Source of the DNA: a virus | DNA: 64,000 nucleotides | Virus record (IMG/VR): IMGVR_UViG_2974643820_000001 | Strand: one strand, 5' to 3' | In this document: piece after piece, positions 25,205-34,900 of the stretch | How positions within the stretch are numbered: the first letter of the stretch is position 1 | Layout: every line of letters starts with the position of its first letter | Program-made: the position numbers and the translations under genes | Notes under the pieces: model-generated | What the model was told of the DNA's origin: nothing | The model's database searches: none | What the model saw: the letters and a program-made list of their open reading frames with translations, nothing else

Positions 25205-25950
25205 TTGTGTGACCAACCAAGGACTGTCAACCCTTTATCCCGTTTGTGCATGATCAGTTCATGCAGGCCTCTTTGTGCTGCCTCACGGCAACGCGCTTCT
25301 GCTGGTCATTGGCTTGCACCGTAGCCTCACAACAGGCGTTTATTTTTCCAGGGCTTTCCACTTGCAAGTCTTGACCATACAGGGATACGGGCTTGCAAGA
25401 TCGGGTTGGTAACAACTCTGATGGCTCTGAACGTTCTTTTCACTAGTCATCCACAACTGATATTCGGATGTCCAGAGCCATCAGAGTTGCAGCCAGGCTA
25501 CAACCCGCACTTCAGTGTCTTCGTCACACTTCGGCACTTGTCCTCTACGCTCGGACCAAACGAGGCTGGCCGACATAAACATAACACCACTCATCACTAG
25601 AGCGAGGATGTGGTTGATAGCCACGATGTATGCCTCTGTCGCAGAGTGATCACGCTTGTCAGGATGATCACTGTTTTGCAGTACCTGCCGCAAAGTAGAG
25701 TTCTCTGAACTTCAATGACCCCTCATCTTGTACTATCGCCGTCGGGAACGTTCACCATGTGAATCAAACCTTTAGGTTAAGTTCAATGTCCAGAGGACTC
25801 TACTTTGCGTTGTGGGGGCAAACCCCCACACGGCTACTTCTTTAACAGGGATTGCTAGCCCTGGGGATTCCACTGTTTAAGGCTTTATCCCATAACGCCT
25901 GAGGCGTGTTCTCAAACTAATAGAGTTTGCTTAATTGCAAACTGATGTGG
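25205..25950 (-). ncRNA. structured non-coding segment
   Basis: 17-bp IR 25413-25429/25473-25489; 11-bp IR 25690-25700/25798-25808; several hairpins; no credible RBS-led ORF. Confidence 0.5.
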
Positions 25951-25954
25951 CTAT

Positions 25955-26477
25955 GGGACACATCTGTGACGTATCTCTTATCCGGATTCGAACCGGATTT
26001 ATCCTGGCAGAGGAATCTAACCCCTTTACCTCGTGGCAACGAGGACGGTCAACAGACCTCAAGATACGTCACAGATGTGTTGCCCGTCACTTGCCAGAGA
26101 TCGGGGCGGATGGTAAGACTTCGCTCACATCTGGGAGGACACTGCTGTCGTTCGCGACCGACAACCACTCAGATATATTTCAATCATGTTGTGGTGCAAT
26201 GCCCTCTCAGATGTCGGCGGGAGCTTATTAATCACACCCTCCCGCCTATTGTTAGTGCGCCGAATTTTGTTATGAGGAGTCGGAAGACCTCACTGACTTA
26301 TAGGCTATTACGCCGCCATCAGAACTACATCATCGTTTGCATTTATTTTTGTGGTCTGTTTCTAAAAACCCGCAAAGTCACGCACAACGAAAACGAAAAC
26401 CTGTTTGAGCACAAGACGCCATGTCCTGGGTTCACATCGAAGTGTTTGTCTAGTGCCCAAACAGCTTTTCGTTCAGT
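25955..26477 (-). ncRNA. tmRNA-like structured RNA (3' end uncertain)
   Basis: Own promoter at 26484-26509; 21-bp helix; resume motif and tag frame; stop-codon hairpin; H-type pseudoknot; 19-bp helix enclosing a TTCGAAT T-arm. Confidence 0.55.
26305..26340 (-). other. tmRNA-type proteolysis tag reading frame ANDDVVLMAA**
   Basis: AAAAATAAAT|GCA AAC GAT GAT GTA GTT CTG ATG GCG GCG TAA TAG; ten codons, as in E. coli ANDENYALAA. Confidence 0.7.
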
Positions 26478-26510
26478 GGGTTAACTATACTTTGTAACCC
26501 GTTATTGACA
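26478..26510 (-). promoter_or_regulatory. promoter (TT)GTCAAT-N14-TATAGT with -10 in hairpin loop
   Basis: Same architecture as the TTCAAT-N14 class; GGGTTAC/GTTAACCC encloses the -10. Confidence 0.65.
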
Positions 26511-26519
26511 AAACTTTAA

Positions 26520-27140
26520 ATCTGCCGGAACTTACGCATCCGGCCTCGCCTGTTGGTGCTCCTTCGAATCCGGGAAGATCAGCAGGAACTATGAATCAAG
26601 TTAATTCGACCAACAGGAACCTTTGTGTTGCCCTTTGACGCAACATTATGAACCCTCTGTGAAGACTCATAATGTTGTCGGCGTGATGGAACCTGGCAGA
26701 TCCGACCTCCCCTATATGTTGGTGTCGACTTGCCAACGGGGTGCTCTCAAGCATCTGAGCTAATCACGCTACAACAGGGAGTTTCGTTCTCCGACGGTCA
26801 GTGCGTCCACTAACACCATGCAAGGTGGATATTCCGCCTCTATTCACACAAGCCCCTGAGACTAGGGGTTAACTGGTTTTGGGCTGCAAACCCGACTCCC
26901 ACTGTGCTGTTTCCCTCGTGTTTAATACTTTACCGCAGACCAGCTAATTTGAAAAGTCCTCTCCTCTTTGAGCTACACTGCCCACAGCAGTGCGGACGAA
27001 CCTTCACTCAAAACCGGATGCGCCGAAGTGGGCGACTGAGTACCGGACTGATCGGGTAGACCCAGGAGAGTAAAGGTAATCCCGATCAGGAGGATAAGGA
27101 GCAACATCATGTAAAACATAGTGTTCCCTCCCTTCCATGC
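26520..27140 (-). ncRNA. ~620-nt structured non-coding RNA candidate
   Basis: IRs at 26549-57/26609-17, 26641-51/26667-77, 27048-56/27081-89; terminator-like GCCGGA/TCCGGC hairpin at 26524-26544; no ORF of 60 aa or more. Confidence 0.55.
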
Positions 27141-27145
27141 AACTA

Positions 27146-27169
27146 ACTTTACTGCAATTCTGTATTGAA
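27146..27169 (-). promoter_or_regulatory. possible promoter TTCAAT-N12-TAAAGT for the large RNA
   Basis: TTCAAT present at 27164-27169 but spacer differs from the N14 consensus. Confidence 0.4.
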
Positions 27170-27176
27170 TAAAGCG

Positions 27177-27749
27177 TTAATTTAACACTTTTAACTTCAC
27201 ATCGCGCTCGAGCAGATACACATATTCGCGAGCGGCGGCCAGCGACATATAATGGGTGGACGGGATGCTGTGTTTGTTCAGCGTCTCTTTTAATTCAACG
27301 CGCTCAGCCCAACCATTAATGGATGTGCCGTAGAAGCCGATGATAGCCGCAAAATAAATGTTGCTAGTCTCAGGCTCCAGGATATAGTTCACCGTGAAGC
27401 ACACCTCGGAGCGGATTGCTTCAAGCTTGATGCCGACACGAGTGCTAGGATAGTCGTTGGCCACACATAAATGGCGGAAGCGGTCACGCCTGGCTTGTGA
27501 CGATTGCGTTAATTCGGATACCAATGTCGCCGTGGCATCGATATTAAAGGAGAAAGTGGAAGCCGTGTTCAAATCTGACTTTGCCCGATCTACCGCAGAT
27601 GGGGGAACACGGCGGAAATTGACTTCTTTACGTGTCAGGCGCTTCACTTCGGCGGATATATCTTCAAACGAAATATCCTTTGATTTCTTCCCTTCATATT
27701 TCTCTAATAAAGGAATGATATGTTTCGTGATGGCAGTGTTGATGTGCAT
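27177..27749 (-). CDS. hypothetical protein, 190 aa
   Basis: AAGGA RBS; perfect TTCAAT-N14-TATAAT promoter upstream. Confidence 0.85.
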   Translation of the reverse strand: MHINTAITKHIIPLLEKYEGKKSKDISFEDISAEVKRLTRKEVNFRRVPPSAVDRAKSDLNTASTFSFNIDATATLVSELTQSSQARRDRFRHLCVANDYPSTRVGIKLEAIRSEVCFTVNYILEPETSNIYFAAIIGFYGTSINGWAERVELKETLNKHSIPSTHYMSLAAAREYVYLLERDVKLKVLN

Positions 27750-27785
27750 GAGAGGTTCCTTAATATATGGTTAATTGACCACACT

Positions 27786-27811
27786 ATTATATTGGTGAAG
27801 GTGTTATTGAA
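27786..27811 (-). promoter_or_regulatory. TTCAAT-N14-TATAAT promoter
   Basis: Perfect consensus. Confidence 0.8.
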
Positions 27812-28050
27812 TTAAAGGCCAACAAAATAGGAGCGCGGTTTATTAATAGGCAAAAACTACTTTTCTACACCACTCAGAGACTGTATCTTACTGTGGTGCC
27901 CTTTGAGTTGTGAGTGTTAACGAACAACGAAAAGCAGCCTCCATGGCTGTGGAATGGGACTGCCTGTCAAGGCGGTGTTACGAGCGAAGCGAGTAGGTTA
28001 ATATAATCGATATATCGCGAGCGCGAGGAAGCCATTTCAATCTGCTCCGG

Positions 28051-28093
28051 CTAAATATCTTCAACACCATATTCAAGCTCAGGTGATGGAGAT
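28051..28093 (+). promoter_or_regulatory. late promoter CTAAATA with RBS-sequestering hairpin
   Basis: ATCTTCA.CACC pairs with GGTG.TGGAGAT, covering the GGAG RBS of gp6. Confidence 0.65.
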
Positions 28094-28097
28094 CAAC

Positions 28098-29876
28098 ATG
28101 GCCACACAAACAGTTCCCTCACTCGATGTCAGGACTTTCGAGTTCCTTCTCAAGAAGCGAATGAAAGCAGACCCGACCTTCAAAGATTACAACTTCGAAG
28201 GTTCCGGCCTCAGTGCCATCATTCGCCTCTTGGCCTCGGATGCCAATGCCGTCGGGTATATGCAGAACATGCTGAATGGCGAAAGTCATCTTCACTCTGC
28301 CCAACAGCGTTCCAACGTCGGCCTCGCGGCGGGGTTCCTTTCGTATACCCCTGACAACTACAAGGCGGCATTCCTGTATGCCAACGTGACTGTCACTCCA
28401 TACGATGCCAGCACAGCCCCTGATACAATCGTGATTGACCGCCGCGCGATGTTCATTGGAGCGAAGGACGGCAAGTCCTATAACTTCACTGTCGACACGC
28501 CTGTCAGCGCCACGCTGGTTGACGGATCATACAAGTTCGAAAATCTGAAGCTCGTCCAGGGCAACTGGTTGTACAAATCATACGACGTCGAGGGTAGTGC
28601 GATCTCTTCTTATGTGATCCCGTCTTCAACTGTTGACATCAACCACATGGTGGTGCAGGTGGCGGCTTCCGACACAGCAGATGAGACTAGCACATATTCC
28701 CGTTATGTCAGTCCGTTCGACCTGAGCCAATACGCCCAGCTCTACTTTGTGGAACTTGGCCTGGATGGGATGTACACCTTTGAATTCGGTGATGGGTACA
28801 TCTGCAAACGCGTCGAAGACGGGAACGTCGTCTATCTGCAGTATCTAGAGACATCTGGTGAAGATGGTAACGACATCACCTCTTTGTCTTCTGCTTCATC
28901 TATCGGTGGCTTCAACCTCGTGGACGTTGAACTGGTGTCGGAGCGCTCATCAGGCGGTGCTGCCCCAGAAAGCATCGAAGACACGAAGCGCCTTGCACCA
29001 CTGGCGTACCAGGCTGAGGGCGCGGCTGTTGCTGAGATGGATTATGCTGTGTTGACAGAGCGTCTGTTCTCCAATGTATCACGCGCTAAAGCATATGGCG
29101 GAGATACGCTCTCTCCTCCCGACTCCGGATACGTGTACATCGCTGTCATCCCTACTACTGGTGAGACGCTTTCAGACGCCGAGAAGGCAGATATCGTGGC
29201 GACGTTAGACAAGTATAATGTTGGGACCATCACACCCAAGATCGTTGATGCTGATATCACGTACATCGATGTCACCACAACCGTGTTCTGGGATCCGACT
29301 TCTACTGCGTTCAATGAAGAGCAACTCAAGGTCGTTGTGTCAAACGGTGTTGTCAATTGGGGTGCATCTAACCTTGAAGGATTCGAAGAGTTGTTCGACA
29401 AAGAGCAGCTGCAAGAAGCCATCACAAAGATGGACCGTTCTATTGCGTCCAACATCGCATCCGTGAAGTACAAGCGCCATTTCAGGCCGGACTACGGGGT
29501 TCTGGACAGCTTCACGTTTGACTTCGACAGGTCTATTGCTGCTGGCTCTGTGCGCATCAGTGGGTTCAAGCCGCTTCCGGCTGAGGTGGATTTCACGTAC
29601 TACATACGAGACGTCAGTGGTGTGTTGAATATGTACAAGGTCAGCACAACCGATACGACGAAAGAGTATCTGGTGCAGGCGGTCGGTACTGTGGATTATG
29701 TGAATGGTGTTGTGGAATTGCAACAGATCACTGTATCGAACTACAATACCGAGGGTGTGACTATCGTGGTGTCACCTGATGGTCTGAATCAGAACCTGCA
29801 GGCGGTGCAGAACCAGGTATTGCGCATTGGCACAGTGGCAGTCCTGCCGGAGGTGCGTTATGTCCAAAGATCTTAA
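28098..29876 (+). CDS. gp6: baseplate wedge protein (T4 gp6-like), 592 aa
   Basis: FKDYNFEGSGLSAIIRLLA, FEFGDG, GGAAPESIEDTKRLAP, AVAEMDY motifs. Confidence 0.92.
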   Translation: MATQTVPSLDVRTFEFLLKKRMKADPTFKDYNFEGSGLSAIIRLLASDANAVGYMQNMLNGESHLHSAQQRSNVGLAAGFLSYTPDNYKAAFLYANVTVTPYDASTAPDTIVIDRRAMFIGAKDGKSYNFTVDTPVSATLVDGSYKFENLKLVQGNWLYKSYDVEGSAISSYVIPSSTVDINHMVVQVAASDTADETSTYSRYVSPFDLSQYAQLYFVELGLDGMYTFEFGDGYICKRVEDGNVVYLQYLETSGEDGNDITSLSSASSIGGFNLVDVELVSERSSGGAAPESIEDTKRLAPLAYQAEGAAVAEMDYAVLTERLFSNVSRAKAYGGDTLSPPDSGYVYIAVIPTTGETLSDAEKADIVATLDKYNVGTITPKIVDADITYIDVTTTVFWDPTSTAFNEEQLKVVVSNGVVNWGASNLEGFEELFDKEQLQEAITKMDRSIASNIASVKYKRHFRPDYGVLDSFTFDFDRSIAAGSVRISGFKPLPAEVDFTYYIRDVSGVLNMYKVSTTDTTKEYLVQAVGTVDYVNGVVELQQITVSNYNTEGVTIVVSPDGLNQNLQAVQNQVLRIGTVAVLPEVRYVQRS

Positions 29877-30714
29877 TAATGGCCACAATGGGGTGAAGTA
29901 TGAAACCCCGTTGTTCTACCAGAACGAATTCCCTGCGTTCATTGAGTTCATGGATACGTTCTTCAATTGGCTGTATCGCCAACAGGGGTTCACTGAAGAA
30001 GAGATCTTGTCGTATCTTGCGGACCCAGAGGCTTGGGTGAATCCGAACACTGAAGATTCACCTCTCATGCAGTTGATCGACATCAAGAAGCGGAAGACTC
30101 CTGGCACAGAGGCCAAAGACTTCTTGGAAGACAAGTTCCTGACGCGCACCTTTGAAGAGATGATGGCGCTGGATGCCGAGGATCTCTTGGACGTTGATGG
30201 TCGACCTTTGTTGTCCATGGAAGACAAGAACGAACGCATCGACGACTGGTATGATGATTTCGGTTTCCAGAGAACGGTGGATAAGAACTTCCTTGAGTTT
30301 GGCCACTTCGTGCCTGATGGATCAGACTCTCTGGTGACCTCAGACGGCGACACGTTCTCTGTGTTTGTGGCGGGGATCCGACGCCGAACTCTAGACCATG
30401 TGCGTTGGTTGAAATTGCTCAAGCACATATATCGTATTCGTGGCACAAAGAAAGCTATCGAACTGTTCTTCTGGATTTACTTTGGATGTCCTGTGTCTGT
30501 ATACTATCCAAAGGAAGAGATCGGCGGCCTGGATGATAACTTTGAATGTGATGGCGCAACTGGGATGCGCGATGACTATTACTATGATGAATTCACTTAC
30601 GTGATAAGAGTCCCTGGCGACGTATCTGATTTTGAGGGCGTGTTTGAGCGCGTCTTCCGTCAGCATTTCCATCCTGCTGGGTTTACCGTATTCCTGGAAA
30701 GTTCAAGGAGTTAA
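29860..30714 (+). CDS. baseplate wedge subunit (gp7-like), 284 aa
   Basis: YRIRGTKKAIELFF and HPAGF motifs; follows gp6. Confidence 0.8.
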   Translation: MSKDLNNGHNGVKYETPLFYQNEFPAFIEFMDTFFNWLYRQQGFTEEEILSYLADPEAWVNPNTEDSPLMQLIDIKKRKTPGTEAKDFLEDKFLTRTFEEMMALDAEDLLDVDGRPLLSMEDKNERIDDWYDDFGFQRTVDKNFLEFGHFVPDGSDSLVTSDGDTFSVFVAGIRRRTLDHVRWLKLLKHIYRIRGTKKAIELFFWIYFGCPVSVYYPKEEIGGLDDNFECDGATGMRDDYYYDEFTYVIRVPGDVSDFEGVFERVFRQHFHPAGFTVFLESSRS

Positions 30715-30716
30715 AA

Positions 30717-31928
30717 ATGGCCGATTTCCTGAGTCAATATACAGGTCAGCAGATTGATGCAATTCTTGGTTCTGTTGACGACAAAGTAAGCAAGAACGAT
30801 GTTATCAACGATTTCGCCGTTGATGACCCGTTGTTCCCTCCGTCTGCTCATCTGACGTATGAGCTGAAGCGTTCTGTGGATGACATCTACGACACGCTGA
30901 ACAACAAGGTCATCCGTACTGACGGTGGTGCACAAACCATCAACGGAGCCAAATCATTTGCGGCGTTGGTGACGGTCAGTGGTGGTTTGAATGTTCCGAC
31001 TGGCGCGAAATTGTCAATCACTGATGAGCCAACGGTAGCAACAGATGGCGTGAATCTCTCCATGCTCCGCAAACACGGGGTGAGTGAGGACACGGCTGGA
31101 GTGAACTCTGGTCTAAAGATTGAATTGTTGCCCAACGGTTACAACACGCTTGTATTCGACGGCACGAATCTGGCCACATACTCTGGAACTGGTGTACCCA
31201 CTACCATGTTACTGGTGAGCGGGACCAGCACCGTCAGGTACGATACAACCGCTTTCGTGACATCCATCTTCAATGATACGCGTTTCAACGCTTATCTGAA
31301 GATTGTTGACTACGACGCCGATATGTTGGATATCCAGGCTCAGTTCAACACCGTCAACACCACACTGGCTGCGAAGGTCAATACATCGACCTATAACACC
31401 AAGATGGCAAGTCTGGATGCCAGCATTTTGGACCTGACAAACAACAAAGTGAACGTCAGCACGTATAATACGAAGATGACGTCTTTGGACAGTTCGATCA
31501 GCAGCATTCAGGGTGATATCAGTACGATCAATACCACGTTGGCTGGAAAGGTTAACACAACAACCTACAATGCCAAAATGACGAGCCTAGACGCCGACAT
31601 TGCTGCTCGTGTGACGATCGGGAAGACTAACCCGAGCAGCATCACCATTTCTGCATCTGGTAGCTCTGCCTTGCCTGATTTCAACCTGGTGAATTTGTGC
31701 CAGGTATTGGTGACTGCACAATGGGGTACAGGCAACGTCGTGGACACATATCGCGTGACGATTACCCGCGACGGGACGATCAAGACCGAGCTGTTGATTC
31801 AGAAGTCAACATCAGGTACAGTGTCATTCGCAGGTTCTGTGGTGTCTTCAAAACTTCGCCTGACGATTACCAACGCGAACACGACGACTGCTTGCTCTGT
31901 GGACTACACTCTGGTATCTTCTTTCTAA
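30717..31928 (+). CDS. baseplate/fibre-associated protein, 403 aa, with three STYNxKMxSLD repeats
   Basis: Between gp7-like and TSP4; coiled-coil repeats. Confidence 0.7.
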   Translation: MADFLSQYTGQQIDAILGSVDDKVSKNDVINDFAVDDPLFPPSAHLTYELKRSVDDIYDTLNNKVIRTDGGAQTINGAKSFAALVTVSGGLNVPTGAKLSITDEPTVATDGVNLSMLRKHGVSEDTAGVNSGLKIELLPNGYNTLVFDGTNLATYSGTGVPTTMLLVSGTSTVRYDTTAFVTSIFNDTRFNAYLKIVDYDADMLDIQAQFNTVNTTLAAKVNTSTYNTKMASLDASILDLTNNKVNVSTYNTKMTSLDSSISSIQGDISTINTTLAGKVNTTTYNAKMTSLDADIAARVTIGKTNPSSITISASGSSALPDFNLVNLCQVLVTAQWGTGNVVDTYRVTITRDGTIKTELLIQKSTSGTVSFAGSVVSSKLRLTITNANTTTACSVDYTLVSSF

Positions 31929-31936
31929 AGTGAAAA

Positions 31937-31977
31937 CTAAATACCCCTAGATGACATGAACACATTTAGGGGTATTT
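31937..31977 (+). promoter_or_regulatory. late promoter CTAAATACCCC with RBS-sequestering hairpin
   Basis: AAATACCCCT/AGGGGTATTT IR upstream of the TSP4 GTG start. Confidence 0.8.
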
Positions 31978-31980
31978 GAA

Positions 31981-34900
31981 GTGGCTAACAAACCAACACA
32001 GCCTGTTTTCCCTCTCGGCCTGGGGGCTGAAGAGCAGTCTACTTTGGCTGGTATCCTCAACACGGGAACGATTGAGCATGGGCCAGATGCTGTCCTGACT
32101 TTGCCTGAGGGTAATGCTAGCGCTGGCCTCCCGTCTTCTGTTCGCTATAATGCTGACTCCGACGAATTCGAGGGCTTCTACGAAAATGGTGGATGGTTGC
32201 CGCTGGGTGGCGGTGGTATCCGCTGGGAAGCGCTTCCGCATGCCTCTACGGCAACGCTCACTGAAGGGCGGGGCTATCTGGTAGATAACTCAACCAACGT
32301 CTCTACGGTGGTGTTTCCTTCCCCTACTCGCGTGGGTGATTCTGTCACGGTCTGTGACTTGTATGGGAAGTTCTCACTGTATCCTCTGACTATCGATCCA
32401 AACGGGCGTCCAATGTATGGTTCCACAGAGCCTATGACTCTGTCCACCGACAGTGTGTCTGCGACGTTCACGTGGTCTGGCGACGCGCGTGGCTGGATTG
32501 TGACTGCTGGCGTCGGCCTTGGTCAGGGGCGCGTGTATAGTCGTACCATTTTCACAGAAACGGTTACGGCAGACACCGCTCAGGTCACTCTGACTTCACA
32601 ACCATCTATCGTGGATGTGTACGTGGATGGCAAGCGCCTGTTGGAATCCAAGTACTCTCTGGACGGGTTCAACGTCAACTTCAGTCCATCTATCCCTTCC
32701 GGCTCGGAACTCCAGGTCATCCAATACGTCCCGATCCAGTTGGGCAATGGCTCCGGCGGTTCCGGTGGCGGTACGGTTATCACTTGGATCTACAATAGTG
32801 GATCAGCTGCGGGTGGTGAAACTGAGATTGAGTTGGATGTGGATGCAGAAGATGTTTCTGAGATCTTTATCGGTGGATCCCGCCAACAGAAAGGCCTGGG
32901 CTTCACTTATGACTCAGACACCAAGATTATCTCTCTGGCAGATGAGCTGGACGCTGGGGATGAGGTTGTCGTTGTCATCAATGGCGACCCAACCCTGTAC
33001 AACCAGATCGACCGTACACCAAACGAAGTGGCGCGTTCTGCCAACGTTCCTGTGTCTCAGGTGATTCTGACTTCCGATACTATCACCAAATTGGACGGCA
33101 AAACAGTCATCTATGACGTGAACGCACAAAAGATGTGGAGCCTGCCTTCGGGCATTCCAACAGGGGCTTCTATCGTCTCGGTGAGCGGGAGCAACCTGAC
33201 CTACGCTCCTGGCAACGTCGTGGTCTCGCTGAAACCAGTTGTTGGAAGCGGCACAGATACAGATCTGAAGTACCTACCGCTGCGCCGTAATCTGTTCAAA
33301 GGCGTCGCCGACTATGTGGGAACCCCCCTGTATGACGGTAACGATCAGACACGTATCACCTTCACCGACAACACCACAGCACTCAAAGAATTTTTGCTGT
33401 CTTCAGAAAATGTTGTCAACGGGGTGAAATACGTTTACATCCCAACTGGCCATTACGGATTTGGCGGACCAAAGATCATTTTAGACCCGACCACTCTTCC
33501 GTACAAAAGTATCTTAATCTATGGTGATGGGATCGGTAAAACAATCCTGGACTACGTGAAAGAAGACAACACAGGCACTGGCAACACAGAGCAGGGGGAT
33601 AATGCTCTTGAACTTATTCGCTTTGAAGTCGGTTTCGACCTTGTGTCCTTTGTAGACGTGACAACCAAATGTACGACGAAGCACGGGTTTGTGAATGGTA
33701 TTCCATCAAGTGATCCCTCAAACTGGGCGATCTACAACGGTACTGTTTGGTTCTGCCATATCAAGCAGGCAAAACGCGTGGAACTTGATGGTGTTGAAGC
33801 GACACGTGGGAATTATCGTTGTATCAGTATTGATGGCATCTCCGACTCTTCGCCAGCAGTCACAGACCTCTTCATGAGAAACTGTATTGGTCACCACAAC
33901 ACCAGCAGCGGTTTCTGGTTGAGGGGTATTGCCCATGCCGATATCGCAGATTGCACGTTCTATCGTAATGGCACCTTGGGTGTGACTGCAACGGGTTATG
34001 GTCTGACGTTCAGCCAGTACTGCTCGAATATCAAATTGAAAAACGTTAACTCTTACGAAAACTACAGAAAAGGCATTGACAAACACGGCGGTCTGGGTAC
34101 TGTGAGCATGGAGAACGTTACGGTAGCAGACAACATCGTATTCCAGATGTCGTTTGATCATCAGTACAACGGAAAGTATGACCCAAGCACCATTACCAAT
34201 ATGATTCTGAGTGGGGTACATATTTCATTCGGCGAAAACCTTGATTTTTGTAATGAGGCATTGGCGGCGATTGATTTACAGTACAGAAACCACATCACGG
34301 TGTTGTTGAACGACAAGAACATCGATGGGACTCCGGCCAACAGACTGGGTTCAGTCGTGATGAACGATTGCTCTATCCGATATTTGCCTGGTGTGACCCA
34401 AAACTTCTACGGTTACAATGGACTGAATTGTATGGCCAGTGAACTTCGCCTGGATAATCTTAACATGGATATCCGAAACATGAAGTTGGATCGAGCAGGC
34501 AACAAAACTGTCTACACCTTCATGCCTATCACGATGGCGAGGGATAACAACACTCTGGTGATCAACGGGGGTGATTACCTAACCGGCTCCGGCAAGATGA
34601 ATGACAATACCGGAGTGGCCAGTAATGCTCTGTTTATATCTCAGGTGGCAACTGGTAGGGTTATCTCGGACAACGCGTGCTATGATATGCAAGACATGGT
34701 TCTGTTTGGTACAACTGGCGGTGGTCGCGCGTTCGCCTGGAACGGTGCCCGCAAATTGAACGGCAACACGTTCAAGTTCAGGGATATCCAAGGCAACACC
34801 CACAACATCGTCGGTTCTGGTTTCGCTTGGTTGTCTACTGCTATGATGTTCGGTGGCGGAGCAGCAACCCAATACGGTGGCAAAAACAGAGTTGGGTTCG

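Noticed and set aside
25980-25998. Canonical T-arm ATCCGG-TTCGAAT-CCGGAT as a tmRNA or tRNA 3' end
   Set aside because: Followed by a 19-bp helix strand, not a 7-nt acceptor strand plus NCCA, so no standard tRNA or tmRNA can be called
25406-26484. Track ORFs 25406-25600, 25481-25693, 25927-26484 and 25935-26231
   Set aside because: No RBS, mostly TTG starts, atypical composition, and they run across long RNA helices; the 70-aa one has a hydrophobic stretch but no other support
26561-26583. GCTGATCTTCCCGGATTCGAAGG (minus strand) resembles the E. coli tmRNA 5' end GCTGATTCTGGATTCGACGG
   Set aside because: It lies upstream of the terminator-like hairpin and the 26484 promoter, ~245 nt from the resume codon (about 90 in E. 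coli), with no acceptor partner; kept only as a possible relic
23028-27170. Possible CRISPR-like array, group I intron or RNase P RNA
   Set aside because: No regularly spaced direct repeats; no recognisable P7 or GAGGAAAGUCC cores found by eye
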